Shown here piece by piece: positions 1 to 9,644 of a DNA stretch of 64,000 nt. Numbering within the stretch: the first letter of the stretch is position 1; each line of letters begins with the position of its first letter. The notes beneath the pieces are model-generated. The model ran no database searches. It saw only the letters and a list, made by a program, of their open reading frames with translations, and had not been told where the DNA came from. Source of the stretch: a virus. Lineage: Duplodnaviria; Caudoviricetes. The translations under genes were made by a program, and so were the position numbers. The DNA lies in the IMG/VR virus record IMGVR_UViG_3300032216_001891, positions 1 through 64,000 of that record. The stretch is one strand, 5' to 3'.

Positions 1-483
1 CCAGTTGTTCCTTGTGTTGCTGATCCGGTTGTTCCCTGGGCACCTGTTGTTCCTTGTGTTGCTGTTCCGGTTGTGCCTTGAGCACCTGAGTTGCCCTGTG
101 TTGCAGTACCTGTAGTTCCCTGGGCTCCAGTTGTTCCTTGTGTTGCTGTTCCGGTTGTTCCCTGGGCTCCTGTTGTTCCTTGTGTTGCTGTTCCGGTTGT
201 GCCTTGAGCACCTGTGGTTCCCTGTGTTGCTGTACCTGTGGTTCCCTGGGCTCCAGTTGTGCCCTGTGTACCAGTTGTGCCTTGAGTTGCTGTACCAGTA
301 GCGCCTTGAGCTCCAGTTGTGCCCTGTGTACCAGCGCCAGTGGTGCCCTGTGTACCAGTTGTGCCTTGGGCACCAGTTGTTCCTTGACCAGCATTAGTTC
401 CGCTTATTCCTTGCACCCCTTGTGCACCAGTTGTTCCTTGCGTCCCAGTAACACCTTGAGAACCAACATTGCCTTGAAGTCCA
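1..483 (-). repeat. Collagen-like Gly-X-Y coding repeat (QGTTGA / QGTTGTAT units)
   Basis: Tandem 18-24 nt units such as ccttgtgttgctgttccggttgt, seen directly. Confidence 0.9.
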
Positions 484-1205
484 GTGCTACTTAAATAACC
501 AACAGGAGTTGCACTCCCCAACACTGTTCTTTCGTAGGTCACTACAACAGAAGAGCTGTTGCCTGTTGCCCATAGGTTGATATTGCCACTGACAATGTTG
601 CTGGTAAATGTTGCTACAGTAGTACCAACGTTGCTAACTATCACACCATATTCGTTGTAATTTACTGTGGTTCCGTTGTTAAGGCTGTCTATGGTACTGA
701 CACGTAATTGATTGTTGACTGTATCTTTACTAGTGGTATACCAACTTACTGTGCTATTGCCACTGACAGGCACTGAGTCAATTAATGTAGGTGCTAGAGT
801 TGCTGTTGTTTGTCCAAGATAAATGCTGGGATTGATATTACCAATTAAAGCGAGACCAGTACCAGTTCCGCTACCCGAACTGTATGCTGTTCCATTACTC
901 CAAAACACACCGTTGGTAGTGATTAAATTAGCTGCCGTGTGGCTACCCGTGGTTAAATTAGCATAAGTTAATACTGAAACATTGGCATAATCAATGCCGC
1001 TGCTGTTGGTTAAAGAGGTTACAAATGCTTGGGTTGATTCATTCCAGTAAAATGCGGCATTTGGGACTAATCCCCCAGCACGATTCATTATCAAGCCAAT
1101 GTCTGAGTTGGCTATGCTGGCATTGCCGTGTAAAACGGTTAAGGTATCATTAAAAACTTCAACGTTGGTGTTTAAGTTATTAATTAGCGGGCGTGTTAAA
1201 GGCAT
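1..1205 (-). CDS. Collagen-like fibre/adhesin protein (partial, 3' end runs off the window)
   Basis: Missing from the ORF track. ATG at 1205 opens [25 protein letters not shown]..., which is open to position 1. It has a DIGLIMNR...AAFYWNE module, then (QGTTG[A/T])n repeats. A CTAAATA box lies upstream. Confidence 0.85.
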   Translation of the reverse strand, partial: MPLTRPLINNLNTNVEVFNDTLTVLHGNASIANSDIGLIMNRAGGLVPNAAFYWNESTQAFVTSLTNSSGIDYANVSVLTYANLTTGSHTAANLITTNGVFWSNGTAYSSGSGTGTGLALIGNINPSIYLGQTTATLAPTLIDSVPVSGNSTVSWYTTSKDTVNNQLRVSTIDSLNNGTTVNYNEYGVIVSNVGTTVATFTSNIVSGNINLWATGNSSSVVVTYERTVLGSATPVGYLSSTGLQGNVGSQGVTGTQGTTGAQGVQGISGTNAGQGTTGAQGTTGTQGTTGAGTQGTTGAQGATGTATQGTTGTQGTTGAQGTTGTATQGTTGAQGTTGTATQGTTGAQGTTGTATQGTTGAQGTTGTATQGNSGAQGTTGTATQGTTGAQGTTGSATQGTT

Positions 1206-1228
1206 CTAAAATCCACAAGTGTATTACA

Positions 1229-1235
1229 TATTTAG
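1229..1235 (-). promoter_or_regulatory. T4-type late promoter box (CTAAATA)
   Basis: TAAATA core ~24 nt upstream of ATG 1205, directly after a terminator. Confidence 0.6.
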
Positions 1236-1236
1236 C

Positions 1237-1264
1237 AAAAAACTAAAGGCCCGCTGGGGCCTTT
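1237..1264 (-). terminator. Rho-independent terminator
   Basis: AAAGGCCC-cagc-GGGCCTTT stem followed by agTTTTTT on the minus strand, just after the stop of 1284..4892. Confidence 0.75.
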
Positions 1265-1283
1265 GGTGCTGATTTCGCCACAC

Positions 1284-4200
1284 TTATACGCGGCCAACAA
1301 CTATTTCAATTGATGCTTTGCCTACATAAGGTACATCTTCCAATGCTTTTCCAATTACCGTGCCCACTGTGGCGTTGTTGTTGACTTTGGCATAGCCAAA
1401 TCCTGCCGAAACCAGTAGATCTCCCTTGGCAATGGGTCCGATTACATTACACGGAACCCGGCCCTGTAATGCTAATGGTACTACATTGGGCCCAGTCAAT
1501 GCACCATTCATTAAATGTGCCGGATTGGTGGATACTACACCGGCCACTCTAGTAGTGTCGGCTTCGCCCAGTGTGACTTCAAACTCGCCACCAAACATCA
1601 ATACTTGCCCGGGTAGATACTGCTGATCTGCTTGATAGTTTTCTGCCAAGTCAGCATAAAGGGCAGTAGTTGATTGTCCGCTAAATGATACCCCATAAAC
1701 TGTAGCGTATCTGTAACTTGCTGAACCCAAATTCCATGTATTGTCTGCACTGGGTAAATTTGCTTGGCCACTGTGAAACAGCGTGTACCAAGCGTTCCAC
1801 GTACTGTCGATACCTTTGCGTATATTTAACTGTGGATATCCGCCACCGTTGGTTGCTGTAGAACCAAATGCTAACTGATAAGATGCGTCACCGGTACTTG
1901 CTGTAGTTCCACTCCAAGGAGCATAGGTTACTACTCCTGCATAGTTACCTCCTGTTCCGGTTGAACTTGCATTAACAAAATCGGCACGAATTGCATTTGG
2001 GGATGTGGTTGGTAATTTTGTTGCTGCACTTCTATCGCCGTCAGGAGAAGCAAGATAAGTTGCTGTACCGGCAGTTGAACCTTGAGCTCCTGTAGTGCCT
2101 TGAGTACCTGCGGTACCTTGAGTTCCTGTAGTTCCTTGTGTTGCGGTTCCTGTAGTTCCCTGTGTTGCAGTTCCCGTAGTTCCTTGAGTTCCAGTTGTTC
2201 CTTGTGTACCAGTAGCACCTTGAGTTCCAGTTGTTCCTTGACTACCTGTTACACCTTGCGTTCCGGTGATACCTTGCACACCGGCTGGTCCTTGACTACC
2301 TGTAGTGCCTTGTGTACCTGTTCCGGTTATGCCTTGTGTTCCAGTTGTGCCTTGTGAGCCAGTTGCACCAGTTGTTCCTTGACCGGCATTGGTTCCATTT
2401 GTTCCTTGTGTTCCTGTGGTGCCTTGACTTCCAGTTGTGCCTTGTGAGCCAGTTGTGCCTTGACCAGCATTGGTTCCATTTGTTCCTTGTGTTCCTGTAG
2501 TGCCTTGACTTCCAGTTGTGCCTTGTGAGCCAGTTGCACCAGTTGTTCCTTGACCAGCATTGGTTCCATTTGTTCCCTGTGTACCTGTAGTGCCTTGTGA
2601 GCCAGTTGCACCCGTTGTTCCTTGGGCTCCAGTTGTTCCTTGACCGGCATTGGTTCCGTTTGTTCCTTGTGTACCTGTAGTGCCTTGTGAGCCAGTTGCA
2701 CCCGTTGTTCCTTGGGCTCCAGTTGTTCCTTGACCAGCATTGGTTCCGTTTGTTCCCTGTGAGCCAGTAACCCCTTGACTTCCTGTAACCCCTTGACTAC
2801 CTGTTGTTCCTTGAGTACCTGTACCAGTTGTCCCTTGTGTACCAGTACCCCCAGTAGTACCTTGACTTCCGGTGATGCCTTGGGCTCCAGTTGTGCCTTG
2901 ACCAGCATTGGTTCCGTTTGTGCCCTGTGTTCCATTAGTGCCTTGAGCACCAGTTGTGCCTTGTGTTCCTGTAGTGCCTTGAGCCCCTGTAGTTCCTTGC
3001 GTTCCGTTAGTTCCTTGTGAGCCAGTAGCTCCTTGAGAACCAGTTGTACCCTGTGTTCCTGTAGCGCCTTGAGCACCAGTTGTACCCTGTGTTCCTGTAG
3101 TGCCTTGAGCTCCTGTAGTGCCTTGAGCACCAGTTGTTCCTTGTGCACCACTGGCACTATATGAAGCACTATTGCCGGCCCAGTATATACCAGATACAGT
3201 TGTTAATACACCGGCCATCAAGTTACCGTTGCTTGGGTTAAATTTTAAATTACCAGCAACACCGTTTGTAGTATTTCCCGCTGCCCCGACGTTGCCAAAT
3301 AATGGATAGAACGTTTGATTTGTGGTATACGGAGTTGCATTAGTATAGTATGCAATGTTGGCAGTTGCTACGGTACCGGCTACGTTGGTTGCCGACAATG
3401 TACCATTCAATGTTGTACCTGCATTACCTATTGTGGCAGCATTTACAGTGCTGGCTATAACGGTAGCTGAACTAGTAACAGCACCGGTATTTACACTTCC
3501 AGTGTACAATGCTCCAGCAATGCCAGCTCCGCCGGCTACGTACAGTGCACCTGCTGTTGATGAAGTAGTGCCAGTGGCCGCTGTGGTGTTGTTAAACCAA
3601 GCTGCACCACCTTTAAATGTACCAAGTTGACTCCCAGTGAATACATTGGCTGTATCTGTGCCTTTTGCCCAGTAAGTAAAATATCCATCTGCAACGCTAC
3701 GCCCAGCAAACGCCGCCGAGTCTGCTGTGTCATAATAATGGAATTTTAAACCAATATCAGCTGTGGTTGGAACTGTCAGTGGTGTTAGATCTTGTGGTGT
3801 GTTTAAGTTGATAATTGGGTCAGTGATACTTAAGGTACTTGCACCGATACTCACACTGTTGCCAGTAACAGTCAAATTACCAGCAATACTCAAATTTCCC
3901 TGTGCAGTGGTTGTGACTCCAGCTGTACCAAAACTGGTCAAACCAGCTAATGTTGTGACGTTGGGCTGACTTGCAGTATTAATTGTGCCGGTAAAACTAG
4001 TTGCTGTTAAGGCACCGGTGGCGGCATTATACGTCAATGTTGAATTAACTGCGGCCTGTGCGTTGCCTGTGGCGCTTTGAGCACTCAATACGGGATAATA
4101 AGTACCTGTGCTGGTATTTGTCACACCGGTGTAAATTGCGGCGTTGGCAGTTGCTATATAGCCTTGCCAAGTTCCGCTAAAATTTGTTGCCGATAATGTA

Positions 4201-4892
4201 CCAGTTGTTACATTATACGTCAATGTTGAATTAACTGCGGCCTGTGCGTTGCCTGTGACACTTTGACCACTCAATACTGGATAATATGTACCGGAACTAG
4301 TATTGGTTACACCGGTGTAAATTGCGGCGTTGGCAGTTGGTGCTGTTCCAGTCACTGCACCAAATGATCCAACTAGTACGGCACCGGTGTTACCTATTGT
4401 GGCAGCATTTACTGTACTTGCAATAACAGTGCCCGAACTGGTAACTGCACCAACTGCTAATGAAGTTAGTGTACCAACTGCGGTTATGTTTGTTTGACTT
4501 GCAGTGCTTAGTGTGCCAGTTAGAGTCGCTCCGCTATTACCAATAGTGCCAGCATTTACAGTTGCGGCTATGACAGTGCCCGATGCAGTAAATGAAGATC
4601 CTGTATATACCGCACCTGCATTACCTATTGTGGCAGCATTTACCGTACTTGCAATTACAGTTCCGTTAGAAGTTAAACTAGCCACAGTGGTCAGTCCACT
4701 GGCCGACAATGTTGTAAATGCACCGGTGCTTGGAGTTGCATTACCAATTGGGGTATTGTTGATGCTGACAAAAGTTTGAGATTGCCCATAGGACGTTACA
4801 TTACCTGCGGTAATAACATCACCATTGCCTGCAAAGATTGTAAGAGGACCTACTGTGAGGCCGTTTTGTACTACAAAATTACTGTTTGCCAT
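1284..4892 (-). CDS. Tail fibre with collagen-like stalk, knob-like region and C-terminal intramolecular-chaperone-like domain
   Basis: 1202 aa. Contains a ~350-aa Gly-X-Y tract and ends ...ADLAENY...VVSTNPAHLMN...ALQGRVPC...KGDLLVS...IGKALE, typical of auto-cleaving chaperone domains on phage fibres. Confidence 0.8.
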   Translation of the reverse strand: MANSNFVVQNGLTVGPLTIFAGNGDVITAGNVTSYGQSQTFVSINNTPIGNATPSTGAFTTLSASGLTTVASLTSNGTVIASTVNAATIGNAGAVYTGSSFTASGTVIAATVNAGTIGNSGATLTGTLSTASQTNITAVGTLTSLAVGAVTSSGTVIASTVNAATIGNTGAVLVGSFGAVTGTAPTANAAIYTGVTNTSSGTYYPVLSGQSVTGNAQAAVNSTLTYNVTTGTLSATNFSGTWQGYIATANAAIYTGVTNTSTGTYYPVLSAQSATGNAQAAVNSTLTYNAATGALTATSFTGTINTASQPNVTTLAGLTSFGTAGVTTTAQGNLSIAGNLTVTGNSVSIGASTLSITDPIINLNTPQDLTPLTVPTTADIGLKFHYYDTADSAAFAGRSVADGYFTYWAKGTDTANVFTGSQLGTFKGGAAWFNNTTAATGTTSSTAGALYVAGGAGIAGALYTGSVNTGAVTSSATVIASTVNAATIGNAGTTLNGTLSATNVAGTVATANIAYYTNATPYTTNQTFYPLFGNVGAAGNTTNGVAGNLKFNPSNGNLMAGVLTTVSGIYWAGNSASYSASGAQGTTGAQGTTGAQGTTGTQGTTGAQGATGTQGTTGSQGATGSQGTNGTQGTTGAQGTTGTQGTTGAQGTNGTQGTNGTNAGQGTTGAQGITGSQGTTGGTGTQGTTGTGTQGTTGSQGVTGSQGVTGSQGTNGTNAGQGTTGAQGTTGATGSQGTTGTQGTNGTNAGQGTTGAQGTTGATGSQGTTGTQGTNGTNAGQGTTGATGSQGTTGSQGTTGTQGTNGTNAGQGTTGSQGTTGSQGTTGTQGTNGTNAGQGTTGATGSQGTTGTQGITGTGTQGTTGSQGPAGVQGITGTQGVTGSQGTTGTQGATGTQGTTGTQGTTGTATQGTTGTATQGTTGTQGTAGTQGTTGAQGSTAGTATYLASPDGDRSAATKLPTTSPNAIRADFVNASSTGTGGNYAGVVTYAPWSGTTASTGDASYQLAFGSTATNGGGYPQLNIRKGIDSTWNAWYTLFHSGQANLPSADNTWNLGSASYRYATVYGVSFSGQSTTALYADLAENYQADQQYLPGQVLMFGGEFEVTLGEADTTRVAGVVSTNPAHLMNGALTGPNVVPLALQGRVPCNVIGPIAKGDLLVSAGFGYAKVNNNATVGTVIGKALEDVPYVGKASIEIVVGRV
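2077..3149 (-). repeat. Collagen-like repeat with 90-bp higher-order units
   Basis: tgacc(a/g)gcattggttcc recurs at 2461, 2551, 2641 and 2731 (90-bp period). Confidence 0.9.
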
Positions 4893-4945
4893 TTATTTTT
4901 CCCCGGTTCCATATTCCCCGATAAGGACATTAATTTAATTGAATA

Positions 4946-7900
4946 TTATATCAACATATACTGTCTTGTCAATCTCACTGTGTTGGTTGCATTTACCGCT
5001 GTAAATTGCAACAATGTATTTCCACCCGACACTGTGGCACTTAATATACCCAAATTACTACCAGTTGTGACGTTGGCATACTGAGCAATAGTGGCTGTTG
5101 TACCATTTTGTATAACCATTGCTTCCATTGCTTGATAACTTGTACCATTGGTGACCTGCACAATATACTTAGCACTGCGATATAAACTGTTGCTGACAGT
5201 GTCAATGGTAGTCGGTGTTGCAGCACTTGCTACAGACACATTGGCATCTTGCGATACTAAACCACCACCCGGAGGCATAGTGAACACCAGTACGTTTCCG
5301 CTTGTACCACTGCTGAATATTACACCTGCACTGTCGTCAACTAAAACTTGTACTTTACCGGCTATGCTGGACAGGTTAGTAACAGTTGAAGTTGTAGTCA
5401 ATGTACGAACGTCAATAATATCGGTTGCTAACGGAACTTCAGTAAATGTCAATGTTGTTCCACTTACAGAATACGCCAGTGTTGGAATTTGCACCACACC
5501 GTTTATACTTACAATCACGCTGGCTGTTGTAGCAGCTGTTGACAATGTAAATGTGTTAGTAACTCCACTAGGTGTAAACTGTTGATCTGCTATCACTGTA
5601 AACGATGCTGTACCACTTTGCCAACTTGAACCGGTATACCACTCAATTGAGTTGGCAGTTGAGTTGTAACGCAACATACCAGCGGTGTCTGTTCCCAGTC
5701 CTGCGGCACTTGGACGCTGACTGTTTGTGCCCACTGGTAACATGATACTGTCACTGGTGTTGATCAATAACTTGGCTCCCGGCACTGCCGTGCCTGCTGT
5801 AGCTGAATTACCAATGATTACTGTGTCGTATGTAGCGGGTCTAGCCCAAAATAAAGTTGCATCGTTTCTACCACGAACAATGAATTCGTTACCAGCAGTT
5901 TGACTGCCATTGAATATAGCAGCACCACCGGTGTATAGATTGGCACCAAAACTTGCTCCGCCCCAAACTTGGAAAGCACCTGTGTTGGCTGCCGGGGCAA
6001 CATTGGTTGGTAATTTTACAATAAATGTGCCCGAGTTTGTTGCGTTACCGTGGAATCTTGCAACTTCACTGTTGGCGTAGAAACTGCCTACACCCAAGAC
6101 TATGTCGTTGTAACTACCTGTCCAGTCTGTGCTTAATACCAAGTTACCGCCCACTGTGGCATTTGCACCGGATGAAAATAAATATCCGTCGTTTGATTTA
6201 GTAATTGAGTATGCTGGATCGTTAAACGCATCACCAGTGAAGCCCATGTCCATCCAGCCGTGGTCATTTGCCGGTCCTGGATAATTGTTACCGTATGCAA
6301 TGAAGTCACTGGATCCAGTGTTTGTAGCATTGATCAATGCATCTTGTGTAAACTGTACGCCTGGTCCTGATGTACTGGTGCCACGCTTGACAGCAATTGG
6401 ACTTGTTAACACTGTTGCCTGTGCCCCAGAACCCACAAACATTTGAGTTCCAATATTGACGTTTCCACCTACTCCAATACCACCGGGTGCTGCAATTACT
6501 AGGGCGCCACTAGTGACGTTGTTGGTATTACTACCGTTGGTAATCACCACGTTGGCACCTAAACTTGCTACACCTGTTGTACTGACGGTTGAGAATACAC
6601 CAGCACCCGTGAATGTAGTGGCAGTTAAGTTACCAGTTGCAGCATTGTAACTTAATGAACCGTTGACTGCGGCCTGTGCATTGCCTGTAGTGCTTTGAGC
6701 ACTTAACATTGGGTAATAAGTACCAGTGCTGGTATTGGTTACACCTGTGTAAATTGTGGCGTTGGCTGTGGTTGCTGTGCCGGTTATAGCACCAGAAAAT
6801 GCTCCAGAGAATGTAGTTGCCGTCAATGTTCCAGTACCAGCATTGTATGTCAATGAACTATTAACACCCACTGTGGTGTTACCACTGCTGGTGTTTGTGT
6901 TGCTAAATGTTGGATAGAATGTACCAGTTGTATAGTTTTGTACCTGCTCGTATAGTGCTATGTTGGCAGTTGCCACTGTACCTGCTACGTTGACAGCCGA
7001 CAGTGTCCCCGATAGTGCAGTTGCACTTAAAGTACCAGTACTGGGATTAAATGTTAAATTGGTTGCCACTCCAGTTAAACTATTACCTGTGGTGGAAATA
7101 TTACTAAACTGTGGGTAAAATGTTTGATTCGTAGTATATGCTGTCACTGAGTCGTATAAACTCACGTTGGCAGTTGCTACAGTGCCCACAACGTTGGTGG
7201 CAGTTACAGTACCACTAAAACTAGTTGCTGTCAATGCACCGGTTGCGGCATTATAAGTCAGTGTTGAATTCACTGCGGCTTGTGCATTACCTGTGACACT
7301 TTGAGCACTCAATACGGGGTAATAAGTACCTGAAGCTGTGTTAGTTACCCCGGTGTAAATAGTGGCGTTGGCAGTGGCCACAGTACCTTGAACTGTGCCA
7401 TTGAAGTTAGTTGCGGTTAGCGTTCCAGTACTGGGATTAAATGACAAGTTAGTAGCAACACCAGCAGTGGTATTACCTGCAGTAACTAAATTACTAAACA
7501 TTGGATAAAACACTTGATTTGTAGTAAGTGGAGTTACTTGTTCATAATATGCCACGTTGGCTGATTGGTATACCCCAGACGCAGTTGTTGGCGGAAGACC
7601 GGTCAAGTAGGCAGCATTACCTACAAAATACGGTGCCGATAAGTTACCACTGAATGGGTTTATACTAACTGTAGATACTGCACCCAGTGTACTATTTCCA
7701 CTGGTTATGTTGGCGAACGGCAAATAGTAAGTTTGGTTGTTGGTTAAGTTAGTGATTTGTTCGTACAATGCAACGTTGGCAGTTGCTACAGTACCTGCAA
7801 TGTTGGTTGAACTCAATGTTCCAACCAGTGTGGCACCCGAGTTACCTATTGTGGCAGCATTTATTGTCTGTGCTGTAACTGTAGTAAAGTTACCGGTACT

Positions 7901-9625
7901 GGAACCCAGTGTACCAATTGGAGTATTCTGTAAGCCGTTGCCCACATACAAGTTGCCGGTTATACTGGCATCGCCCCAGACCTGCATAGATCCAGTATTG
8001 GCTGATAAACCGCCGCCCACTACTCTGGCATTGGCTAAAATTGTTCCGCCGCCTTTGAATGTACCAAGTGTTGTTCCTGTAAATACGTTGGCAGTGTCTG
8101 TACCTTTGGTCCAATATGTAAAGTATCCGTCAACTACAGTTCTACCAGCAAAACCCGCTGAGTCTGCAGTGTCGTAGTAGTGGAATTTTAAACCAATATC
8201 ACTAGTAGTTGGAACTGTCAGTGGTGTTAGGTCTTGTGGTGTGTTTAAGTTAATAATTGGATCTGTAATACTTAATGTACTTGCACCGATACTTACACTA
8301 TTACCAGTTACAGTCAAGTTACCAGCAATGCTGACGTTGCTGTTAAAGAATGCAGCACCAGCAACACCTAAGCCACCCGAAACAACCAATGCACCACTGG
8401 CGTATGTAGTTGCAGGAGTGGAATTGGTTATTTGTACTTGCCCTGCCAATACGCTGGTACTACCAACGTTTAATGTTGTTACATTGGCAGCTACGGAATT
8501 AATTTGTCCTGTGCTTGGATTAACGTTGACCCCGGTTACTGCACCCAGTGTACTGTTGCCCGATGCTACGTTGGCAAATGGCAAGTAATAAGTTTGGTTG
8601 TTGGTTAAGTTAGTGATTTGTTCGTACAATGCCACGTTGGCAGTTGCCACTGTGCCAACAATGTTGGTGGCAGTTAAACTGGTCAATGCACTGCCGGCAC
8701 CTGAAAATGCAGTTGCTGTCAGTGTACCTGTGCTGGGCACAAATGACAAGTTAGTTGATACACCGGTAATACTATTACCAGCAACAGAAATGTTACTTAA
8801 TTCTGGATAAAATGTGTTTGGACTTGTACTAACCGGTGTTATTGTTTCGTATGTGGCCACGTTGGCCAAGTTAATACTGGTACCACCACCAATTGTGCCT
8901 TGGAAAGTACCGTAATAGTTTTGAGCATACACGTTGCCGTTGGTCAAGTTGATGTTGCCACTTACGCTGTTGATATTACCAGTTACACTCAAGTTGGCCC
9001 AGTTGGTAATACCTGTATATCCACTGTAAACAGCACCAACTATGTAAACCACGTTGCTTACGTTGGAAACTGTGGTTGGAACGTTTACATCAGGGAAATT
9101 TAAAATACCCGCTTGATAGTCAAAATACCACGAGTCACTGTTGGTACCCGAGTTTGTAACTGCTACAGTTCTAGGAGGCCCGTTGGGGTTGGCAGATGAA
9201 CCCTGTAAACCCGAAACGTCTAGTCCTGCGGGTCCAGCAAATACACCCACCTGATAACCTTGTCCGCCCACTGGAACTGGAATCCAGTTGTATAAGTTGG
9301 TTTGCCAAGTAGCACCAGTAAGCGAGCCAACAATCGTACTGGCCTGCACTGTAACCACGTTTGATATAGTTAAACCGCCCGGTAACCCTGTTGTTGGGTT
9401 GGCAGTAGTAACAATGTTACCACCAGTGATCATTGCCCCAAATGAAGTGTATCGAGGTATTGCGTAATCTAATTGATACAACGCTGTACCCAATGTTAAG
9501 AACGGACTTGCATTGCCCTCGTTGGCAGCCGCTCTTGAACTAACGTCTGTTTTGGCTACCCCGTATCCTACCTTTTTATAAAGATAATCAACAATTTGTG
9601 CGGATGTGATTGAAGCGTAAGTCAT
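4946..9625 (-). CDS. Large repeat-containing virion fibre/structural protein
   Basis: 1559 aa, T/G/N/A-rich. Eight copies of a ~55-aa TAN..Y..T..TYYP..S..GN..N.STG repeat and a C-terminal YRSAKY module. Confidence 0.75.
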   Translation of the reverse strand: MTYASITSAQIVDYLYKKVGYGVAKTDVSSRAAANEGNASPFLTLGTALYQLDYAIPRYTSFGAMITGGNIVTTANPTTGLPGGLTISNVVTVQASTIVGSLTGATWQTNLYNWIPVPVGGQGYQVGVFAGPAGLDVSGLQGSSANPNGPPRTVAVTNSGTNSDSWYFDYQAGILNFPDVNVPTTVSNVSNVVYIVGAVYSGYTGITNWANLSVTGNINSVSGNINLTNGNVYAQNYYGTFQGTIGGGTSINLANVATYETITPVSTSPNTFYPELSNISVAGNSITGVSTNLSFVPSTGTLTATAFSGAGSALTSLTATNIVGTVATANVALYEQITNLTNNQTYYLPFANVASGNSTLGAVTGVNVNPSTGQINSVAANVTTLNVGSTSVLAGQVQITNSTPATTYASGALVVSGGLGVAGAAFFNSNVSIAGNLTVTGNSVSIGASTLSITDPIINLNTPQDLTPLTVPTTSDIGLKFHYYDTADSAGFAGRTVVDGYFTYWTKGTDTANVFTGTTLGTFKGGGTILANARVVGGGLSANTGSMQVWGDASITGNLYVGNGLQNTPIGTLGSSTGNFTTVTAQTINAATIGNSGATLVGTLSSTNIAGTVATANVALYEQITNLTNNQTYYLPFANITSGNSTLGAVSTVSINPFSGNLSAPYFVGNAAYLTGLPPTTASGVYQSANVAYYEQVTPLTTNQVFYPMFSNLVTAGNTTAGVATNLSFNPSTGTLTATNFNGTVQGTVATANATIYTGVTNTASGTYYPVLSAQSVTGNAQAAVNSTLTYNAATGALTATSFSGTVTATNVVGTVATANVSLYDSVTAYTTNQTFYPQFSNISTTGNSLTGVATNLTFNPSTGTLSATALSGTLSAVNVAGTVATANIALYEQVQNYTTGTFYPTFSNTNTSSGNTTVGVNSSLTYNAGTGTLTATTFSGAFSGAITGTATTANATIYTGVTNTSTGTYYPMLSAQSTTGNAQAAVNGSLSYNAATGNLTATTFTGAGVFSTVSTTGVASLGANVVITNGSNTNNVTSGALVIAAPGGIGVGGNVNIGTQMFVGSGAQATVLTSPIAVKRGTSTSGPGVQFTQDALINATNTGSSDFIAYGNNYPGPANDHGWMDMGFTGDAFNDPAYSITKSNDGYLFSSGANATVGGNLVLSTDWTGSYNDIVLGVGSFYANSEVARFHGNATNSGTFIVKLPTNVAPAANTGAFQVWGGASFGANLYTGGAAIFNGSQTAGNEFIVRGRNDATLFWARPATYDTVIIGNSATAGTAVPGAKLLINTSDSIMLPVGTNSQRPSAAGLGTDTAGMLRYNSTANSIEWYTGSSWQSGTASFTVIADQQFTPSGVTNTFTLSTAATTASVIVSINGVVQIPTLAYSVSGTTLTFTEVPLATDIIDVRTLTTTSTVTNLSSIAGKVQVLVDDSAGVIFSSGTSGNVLVFTMPPGGGLVSQDANVSVASAATPTTIDTVSNSLYRSAKYIVQVTNGTSYQAMEAMVIQNGTTATIAQYANVTTGSNLGILSATVSGGNTLLQFTAVNATNTVRLTRQYMLI

Positions 9626-9644
9626 TCTTTGTTATTCCGTTATG

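Noticed and set aside
1-3149. Short tandem repeats as a possible CRISPR array
   Set aside because: There are no unique spacers; the repeats are in-frame, codon-degenerate coding repeats.
138-3169. Cys/Ser-rich and KELQ/KALQ ORFs (138..494, 2082..2357, 2327..3169, etc.)
   Set aside because: They are alternative-frame or antisense shadows of the collagen repeats, with no SD or independent coding signal.
3600-8340. Duplicated fibre blocks as a DGR template/variable repeat pair
   Set aside because: Both copies are coding, differences are mostly synonymous rather than adenine-specific, and no reverse transcriptase lies in the window.
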